Source: Trichoplax adhaerens (lineage: Eukaryota; Animalia; Placozoa). Taken from it: DNA of 64,000 nucleotides. The notes under the pieces were generated by a model. That model saw only the letters and a list, made by a program, of their open reading frames with translations, did no database searches and had not been told where the DNA came from. Each line of letters begins with the position of its first letter. Position 1 is the first letter of the stretch. Made by a program: the position numbers and the translations under genes. Of this stretch, positions 56,596 to 64,000 are shown in pieces. The DNA lies in assembly GCF_000150275.1 (NCBI RefSeq), contig NW_002060943.1, positions 1 through 64,000 of the forward strand, in the 5' to 3' direction.

Positions 56596-57073
56596 GATCG
56601 CTTAGGGCTCTTCGCGACCGCAGTGCACTAAAACTGCAATATTAGTCATATTTTACGAAAATAAACAAAAGAGAATACAAAAATGACCAGTAAAATTAGG
56701 ATTGAGGAGACGAAGATCGCAAAGACTTGATGAAAGGCCGCAATGCACTTTCCAGATTTCGTTAGTCCTTTGCGAGCAAGAACGTTATAGTAAGCGATAC
56801 TATTGGATTAGGTGTCATATCATTTCCTAGAGTGAGGAGTACCGTATCGTACGTTCTTTTCGTTCAAATGCTCGCAAGGCATTGACAACTTCCGTTAACA
56901 CTTTGCGGTCGAGGATTACGGTAGTTTAATTATGATATCAGCCAAGAATCTATATGATGTCTTGTATTTGAATGGATTGTATGATACATTACTCAAGCTG
57001 TGCCAGCATTGATGAAGGCCGCAAAGCACTAAAGTTACAATTGGAAAGGATCAACATTCGATAGGTATAAATA
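56596..57073 (+). promoter_or_regulatory. MT copy 1 promoter: TATA box plus 8x GNYCGCA(A/G)(A/T/G)G motif
   Basis: TATAAATA 57066-57073; motifs at 56596 (degenerate), 56616, 56715, 56736, 56768(-), 56870, 56901(-), 57017. Confidence 0.65.
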
Positions 57074-57218
57074 GCCTTAGCATGACTGATTTTTTCTAAA
57101 TTCTTTTTCAGAGCAAAGAAGGCTAAAGGAAGTTGAAATACCTATCCAAGTTGGACCATTTACCTGGAATTTTGGATTTGGATATCATTTCGTCTAAACC
57201 TTATCAAGTCAGCGTATC

Positions 57219-60200
57219 ATGGATAGCTCGACAGATATACCTTGCAACTGTGTTGAAAGTAAGTACTAGACTGTATACCAGACATCTATAGGAATACTGC
57301 GTACGTCCAATGAATGCACTTGATCCGTACTACAGTAGTTTAACTTGGGTTATCAACGTTTTGCCAAGCACTTCACTCTCAAAAATTTGCCTAGTCACTC
57401 ATGGAGTCAATAGCTAGGATTTAATTTTTTAGACAAATTGTAGAAGAAAGAATACCAGCAATGCAGGGATCAATTCAACCAAATTGATCCGAATACAGTT
57501 GGATAACATGGGATAACCTATGCAGTAGAGTAAAAGAACGTTTTTTAGCAGTGATTGTGTATTATTTATTTTTTATTTTTTATTTTGAATAGTCGCACCT
57601 ACAGTACTATACCGTGGTCGCACCGACTGTACTGTACTGTACAGTACAGTGTACAGTACAATGCCGTACAGTAGTTTTTTTCGTACAGTTATTGCTAGTT
57701 ATTAGCATATTGTACTGTACACTGTACAGTACTGTACCATACCGTTCCTCACAGTACTATTGTCGAAAAAAAGTAATAATAATTAAATTTACGGTATAAA
57801 AAATCTTGATCGGTATACTGTACAGTACAGTACAGTACAGTAACAGTACATATTGTTACTGTTATACCGATCAAGATTTTTTATACAGTATACGTACAGA
57901 ATCCGACTGCGCACGCCCATTTCGATATTTGTGACGTCACGTTGCCCTGGACTACTGTACACTCAGTGTACAGTGTACAGTATCGACAATAACTACGGAC
58001 CGTTGATTCCTGCACGTGACTCGAGATAATGGCAGTTTTTACCGTTGTATTGTTTGTTTTTACATGTCGTACGAGGCTTATTACAAATTCAATTTCTACA
58101 TCTTCGTAGTAAACCTTGTAGTAAACGTTCGCGAGTGTTGCCTCTCAAAAGCTCGCAAGCTATTTAGTACTTTAGTAGTGCCTGCTGTAGCACATTCAAA
58201 AGGGGACAGTATTACTGTACAAAGGTTTTTAGCATTTCATTCTTTCTTCTTAAACTGTAGCTGGAATTTGCAAATGTAGTCCTGACTGCAAGTGCAGAAA
58301 CTGTCAATGCACATCAGACTGCAAATCATCCTGTGCAAAGAACTGCGACTGTTCTGGTTAGTTGAAACAAGTTCAATGAATACTCTACAGTCTACAGTCT
58401 ATAGTAAACTGTATTGCAGATCTCAGTTGACTGCGTTATATTCAATGTTTATGTTTAGCTGGCAATTGCAAATGCTGTTGTCATTGCGACTGTAGTAACT
58501 GTCAATGTACATCGTGCAGCAAATCAACCAGTGGAAAAACTTGCGACTGTTCAGGTCAGTTAATAAAAGCATATAACGTAAACACCATTTCTTAAACTAT
58601 ATCAGTTAAATAAATGTAATCACATAGTAATAATATCGCCCCTATCACGGTAATAGCGTATTAATTCGAATTGTTTCTGGTATTTTAATATTTAGACGAT
58701 AATTGCACATGCTGTTCTCAATGCAACTGCACGAGCTGTAAATGCACATCATGTACTAAGTCGTCGAATGAAAATACTTGCGACTGTTCAGGTAAGTTAA
58801 AACAAATTAAATAAATACCATTTCTTATAGATAGGACTTACAATAATAATAATTATAATCGAACCAATATAATCAGACATTACTCATTTCCTCACTTCCC
58901 TCCCTACCTTTTAGTAGTATTACATACTGTACGTACATATGCTATTTATATAATGTATTGATTTATTTGTTTGTGACTTTTACATTTAGCTTGCGATTGC
59001 AAAAACTGCTCTGATTGCAACTGTACTAGCTGTAAATGCACATCATGCAGCAAATCGTCGAGTGGAAACACTTGCGACTGCTCAGGTCAGTCAATAAAGA
59101 GTCAAATAAATAATATGCGCTACCTTAAAGAGATGTAATTTATTTATTATATCGAAAATACATCACAAGATATTACTCGTATTATCACTTTCCTATGCTT
59201 GTAGTAGCGTGTTAATTTTATCGTTTCTGGCCATTACATTTAGCTTGCGATTGCAAGAGCTGCTCTGATTGCAACTGTACTAGCTGTAAATGCACATCAT
59301 GCAGCAAATCGTCCAGTGGAAACACTTGCAACTGTTCAGGTCAGTTAATAAAGATGCAAATAAATAATATGCGCTACCTTGAAGAGATACACGTATAATT
59401 TATTTATTATATCGAAAATAGATCACTTGACATTGTTCGTATCGCCACTTTCCTAACCTTATAGTAGCGTATTAATTTTATCGTTTCTGCCTTTTACATT
59501 TAGTTTGCAATTGCAAAAGCTGCTCTGATTGTAACTGTACTAGCTGTAAATGTACATCATGCAGTACATCGTCGAGTAGAAATACTTGCGACTGCTCAGG
59601 TCAGTCAATAAAGAGTCAAACAAATAATATGCACTACCTTAAAGAGATATAATTTATTATTTTGAAAATACAACACCAGATATTACTCGTATCGTCACTT
59701 TCCTACCTGTTTAGTAGCATGTTAATTTCATCGTTTCTGACTTTTACATTTAGCTTGCAATTGCAAAAGTTGTTCTGATTGTAACTGTACTAGCTGTAAA
59801 TGCACATCATGCAGCAAATTGCCGAGCGGAAACAGTTGCGACTGTTCAGGTTAGCTAATGAGAAGTAAAATGAGTATTATGGCGTACTTTTAAAGAGATA
59901 GAAGTTACTGTAATCGATTGAAATATAATCAGATATTATTCATGTCGTCACTTTCCTATCCATGTAGTAGTGTGCGTACGTATTGATTTCATTAAATCTG
60001 GTTTTACATTTAGCGGGTAATTGCAAATGCTGTTCCGACTGTCAATGCACCAGCTGTACATGTACATCATGTAGCAAATCACCAAGTGAAAAGAATTGCA
60101 ACTGTTCAGGTCAGTTAAAAACGAGTTGAAGGAGGATTATTCCTTAGAGATATAATTTATATGACAATGTAATCAAACATTACTAGTATCATCATTTTAC

Positions 60201-60826
60201 CATTCGCTGTAGTAATTTATTAATTTAATTGTTTCTGGCTTTTGCATTAGCTGGAAATTGTAAGTGCTGTTGTGACTGTGACTGCACTAGCTGTCAATGT
60301 ACGTCATGCAGCAAATCTTCAAGTGGAAAAACTTGCGACTGTTCAGGTCAGTTAAAACAAGTTAAAATAACACTATTGCTTAAAGATATAATTTATACTC
60401 GAATAAACGTAATCAGACATTACTAGTGTCGTCAATCTACGATTCCTATTGCAGTGTATTAATGTAATTGTTTCTGGCTTTTACATTAGCTTGCAATTGC
60501 AAATGCTGTTCGGACTGCGATTGTGCTAGCTGTAAATGTACATCATGCAGCAAATCACCAAGTAAAAAAACTTGCGACTGTTCAGGTCAGTTAAAAACGA
60601 GTTAAATGAATATATATGTCTTAAAGATATTTATTTATCTTCATTTTATTATAATTGAATAAAATGGGATCAGACATTATCCGGACCTTCGCTTTCCTAA
60701 TTTTTTATTAGCATATTGATATCATTGTTTCTGTCTTTACATTTAGCTGCCAATTGCAAATGCTGTTCTGATTGTGACTGCACTAGCTGTGAATGTACGC
60801 TATGTAGTAAATCATCGAATGAATAG
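57219..60826 (+). CDS. MT: giant multi-domain metallothionein-like protein (359 aa, 113 Cys, 11 beta-like domains)
   Basis: join(57219-57258, 58261-58356, 58459-58554, 58696-58791, 58990-59085, 59244-59339, 59504-59599, 59754-59849, 60014-60109, 60251-60346, 60490-60585, 60747-60826). All introns are GT-AG phase 1 and the frame is open to TAG 60824-60826. Protein: MDSSTDIPCNCVETGICKCSPDCKCRNCQCTSDCKSSCAKNCDCSAGNCKCCCHCDCSNCQCTSCSKST...CECTLCSKSSNE*. No Phe/Trp/Tyr. Confidence 0.88.
57590..57985. repeat. mixed CAGTA/CTGTA pentamer cluster in MT intron 1
   Basis: Runs such as actgtactgtactgtacagtacagtgtacagtac and ctgtacagtacagtacagtacagta. Confidence 0.85.
57908..57939 (+). promoter_or_regulatory. 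intronic MRE core (TGCGCAC) and CRE (TGACGTCA)
   Basis: TGCGCAC 57908-57914 fits TGCRCNC; GTGACGTCAC palindrome at 57931-57940. Confidence 0.4.
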
Positions 60827-60840
60827 ACTTGCGACTAGGT
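58261..60840 (+). repeat. tandem array of 11 exon(96 nt)+intron units, period about 200-295 bp
   Basis: Introns are mutually homologous (gtcagttaataaag...tcgtttctgg..ttacatttag). Confidence 0.9.
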
Positions 60841-61226
60841 TAGTTAAAACAAATTTAAATTACTTCTGTATTGTAATAAAACAAATGTGCATAGCATTAT
60901 CTAATCACAACTTGTGGAATTTACGCTTTAAACTCTATTCTCTATCAATCATCACAGGAGATGCAACCAGCTATAATTATGAGAAATAAGAGTGTGTCAA
61001 CCATAGCCGTTCAAAAGGATGCAGGAAGTTAATTTGCCGTAGCTTTTACAATGAAACCTTCATCGTTTACATGGGTACCTACTATCAATTGTTTACCGCT
61101 TATCTATAATAATTACATTCTAAAATATCTTGTTTAAACATTAAAATCATAACAACAGACAGTTTGATGATTCGGACACATACTCAAATTACAATTACTG
61201 CACCAATACGCTATGCTAAGAAAATC

Positions 61227-61232
61227 AATAAA
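61227..61232 (+). promoter_or_regulatory. candidate MT polyadenylation signal
   Basis: AATAAA about 400 nt after the stop, downstream of a likely 3' exon starting at 60958. Confidence 0.4.
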
Positions 61233-62230
61233 ACTATAATTTTAAATCTATCTTGTGGAAGTGTTACTAAAGAGTACAATACTAATTTATCTATCGCTAC
61301 TAGCGATAACTAAAATTTCTATCGCATTTTAATCATAACTACGTAAAAGGGTAATTAATAGCTACTTTACATCAAACAGTATCGTGCAGTTTAAATCGAG
61401 CCTATTATAATTAGGTGCCAAAGGTAAAAATAATGTTGTAGTTTCTAAATCTTTACAGATTTCCAATAATTAATTAGCAATTGAAAACCACTTCTATCAA
61501 CGTAGTGGCGTATAAGACTCATTCAAGTGATTTCGTACATTCACGAAAACATCAGCAAAACTAGAATCAACACAAATGCTTGAACGAGAAAATAGTACTA
61601 GCAGTCTAGTTGTAAACGTACGGTACCTTTACGCTATGAAAATTGTACTGTATGTACGATGATAGTTTATGTAGACGCATTGGTTATCTAACTGTTCTGC
61701 TGTATGGTAAAGTTCAAAATTTTCACCCTATCATTCATGGCTTCATCATCAGGAATAGAGAATGCATGATATTTAGCACTTGCAGAACGTACAGTACTAC
61801 AACCAAGGATGACTAAGTCCTAAACCGACATTTACTTATTTTTAAGGTTAATCCTTGCTATACTACTGTTGCTTGCTCAGCTTTCGTTGAGATATTTTAT
61901 ACCGACTGACAGTCAGCATTGATAATGATAATTTCAGGCATCGTACTACGATGACGATAGATATACTAGTTATTCAAATAAAATGGAATACAGTATTAGC
62001 TACCTTTTATGTACGTTGCTAGATCTAGATGCAGATAATCCTTGGTAGAAGAACTAGGATCACCAAGTAACTCATGTAATCAAGTTCAGTCAATCCAAAG
62101 AATTCGGCAGTTTATTATAATGAAATGATTCAATTTTCAAGTCATGGGCTAGAGAAATTGTAGTTGAGTAGTCATCCGTTTTGTAAAACACGTTTTTACA
62201 AATGATGAAAACATGTTTTCCAGAATTTTC

Positions 62231-62708
62231 GATCGCAAAGGACTCTTTACGACCGCAGTGCACTAAAACTGCAATATTAGTCACATTTTACTAAAATAAA
62301 CAAAAGAGAATACAAAAATGACCAGTAAAATTAGGATTGAGGAGACGAAGATCGCAAAGACTTGCTGAAAGGCCGCAATGCACTTTCCTGATTTCGTTAG
62401 TCCTTTGCGAGCAAGGACGCTATAGTAAACGATACTATTGGCGAAGATGGTGTATTATTTCCTAGAGTGAGGAGTACCGTATCGTATATTGCTACAAGTT
62501 GAAATGCTCGCAAGGCATTGACAACCTTCGTTAGTACTTTGCGGTGGATGATCACCGTACTAAACAAGGATGTCAGCCAAGATTCTATATGATGTCTTGT
62601 ATTTGAATGGATTGTATGGGACATTACTCAAGCTGATGCAGCTTTAATGAAGACCGCAAAGCACTAAAGTTACAATTGGAAAGGATCAACATTCGATAGG
62701 TATAAATA
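62231..62708 (+). promoter_or_regulatory. MT copy 2 promoter: TATA box plus conserved YCGCA motif cluster
   Basis: TATAAATA 62701-62708; motifs at 62231, 62251, 62350, 62371, 62403(-), 62506, 62537(-), 62652. Confidence 0.65.
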
Positions 62709-62855
62709 GCCTTAGCATGACTGATTTTTTCTAAATTCTTTTCCGAAGCGAGGAAGGCTAAAGGAAGTTGAAATACCTATCCAAGTTGGACCCTTTACCT
62801 GTTGAATTTTTGATTTAGATATCATTTCGTCTAAACCTTATCAAGTCAGCGTATC

Positions 62856-64000
62856 ATGGATAGCTTAACAGATAGACCTTGCAACTATGTTGAAAGTAAG
62901 TACTAGACTGTACAGTATATAGTGCATCAGATGTTTACAGGAATACACCGTACGCCTTGATTGGTACTACCAGTTGAATTTTGCTTAATAATCAATGTTC
63001 AACGTCTTGGCACTGAAAAATTTGCCTAGCCACCCATGTAATCAACGGCTACAATCAGACCTTTTAGATAAATTAAGAAAAAAGAATACCAATAATTGAG
63101 GTGCCAATGCAGTTGAATAACATAGAATGACCAATACACTACACTGTATGTCCAGTTAGAATGCCCTTGATCCGTACTACAGTAGTTTAACTTGGGTTAT
63201 CAACGTTTGCGGCTTCGCACTCCAAATTTATCTAGTCACTCATGGAATCAATGGCTAGAATCAGACCTTTTAGACAATTTATGAAAAAAGAATACCAGCA
63301 ATGCAGGGATCAATTGAATCGAATTGATCCGAACACAGCTCAATAACATTGAATGACGGACCAATGCAGTAAAGTAAAAAGTCGTTTATACAAGTGATTG
63401 TGCGCTATTATTTTTTGGATTTATTTTTAGTAGTCACACCGACTGTACAGTGTACAGTACAGTACACTGTACTGTACTGTACGCTGAGTATACAGTACAG
63501 TACACTGTACGCTGAGTGTACAGTACAGTACGGTAGTGTACAGCAATATTATTTTCCTATAAGATATTTGAATAAAAGTAGAAATAAAATGTATTACTAG
63601 ATGTCGGTATGAATTACTGCATTAGCCCGTTAGTTTTAGTTAGTTATACAGTACAGTATCCAAAACGAAATGTACTGTACACCGTGTGCAGTGTACAGTT
63701 ATTACCGTATACTGTCTGTACTGTAGCACTATAGCAAAAAAAATAAATAAACAAATCAATCAAAAATCGGGATGGGTACAGACAGTCATGCGGACAATCT
63801 AACTGCGCATGTCCAATATCCAATTTGTGACGTACACTCCTACAGTACTCACTGGAGACCCTCTACAGTATGATGAAGGGTCGCTAGTACTCACCGCGCA
63901 ATCAAAATGGGATGCTGTTACAACAGAATTTTTGACATTTCATTCTTTCTTCTTAAACTATAGCTGGAATTTGCAAATGTAGTCCTGACTGCAAGTGCAG
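62856..64000 (+). CDS. MT: metallothionein-like paralog 2 (5' part; runs off window)
   Basis: Exon 1 62856-62895 MDSLTDRPCNYVE|gtaagt; exon 2 from 63964 (T)GICKCSPDCKC..., identical to copy 1 exon 2 over the visible part. Confidence 0.8.
63430..63870. repeat. CAGTA/CTGTA pentamer cluster in intron 1 of MT copy 2
   Basis: Dense tactgtac/gtacagta runs, arranged differently from copy 1; includes a minus-strand TGCACACGG MRE at 63682-63690. Confidence 0.8.

Larger units (their letters stand above)
55890..64000 (+). repeat. ~5.8-kb tandem segmental duplication carrying the MT gene (55890-61710; 61711-window end)
   Basis: 'ttcaaaattttcaccctatc' at about 55895 and about 61713; promoter, exon 1, intron 1 and exon 2 are collinear. 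Confidence 0.9.

Noticed and set aside
57614-57799. ORFs rich in CTVQ/YCT (also 63394-63600)
   Set aside because: Translations of the intronic CAGTA/CTGTA pentamer runs.
58029-58068. Alternative signal-peptide-like first exon MAVFTVVLFVFTC for the Cys-rich gene
   Set aside because: Absent from paralog 2 and has a weak donor; exon 57219-57258 has a GTAAGT donor, an upstream TATA, the correct phase and an MT-like PCNC motif in both copies (PCNY in copy 2).
58261-60840. Regularly spaced repeats resembling a CRISPR array
   Set aside because: The units are 96-nt coding exons with GT-AG boundaries and homologous introns; eukaryotic context and no cas genes.
62090-62624. Minus-strand ORFs (64 and 75 aa) and a + strand 'LNGLYG' polB-like motif
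   Set aside because: These fall in the MT promoter; the frames are disrupted in the paralogous copy.

Overview
AT-rich eukaryotic (animal) genomic DNA with four N-gaps and short GT-AG introns. The style fits an early-branching invertebrate such as a placozoan; this is an inference, not something the sequence proves. The ORF track is mostly noise because the real genes are spliced. Positions 1-56 kb contain intact-to-decayed, mostly minus-strand LRR receptor-like genes (72-nt phase-2 LRR exons, an LRRNT exon, an LDLa-like exon and tyrosine-kinase C-lobe remnants). Interspersed are many solo LTRs with 5-bp TSDs, Helitron-like 3' ends and other dispersed repeats. The main discovery is at 57.2-60.8 kb: a 12-exon giant metallothionein-like gene (359 aa, 113 Cys, no Phe/Trp/Tyr). 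It consists of 11 tandem vertebrate-beta-like Cys domains produced by repeated duplication of a 96-nt exon plus intron unit, and its first intron matches the position and phase of mammalian MT intron 1. Its TATA promoter carries 8 copies of a non-MRE motif (GNYCGCAAAG). Intron 1 is packed with CAGTA/CTGTA 5-mers resembling iterated Tc1/Sleeping-Beauty excision footprints. A tandem paralog starts at 62.9 kb and runs off the window. All coordinates and translations were read by hand.
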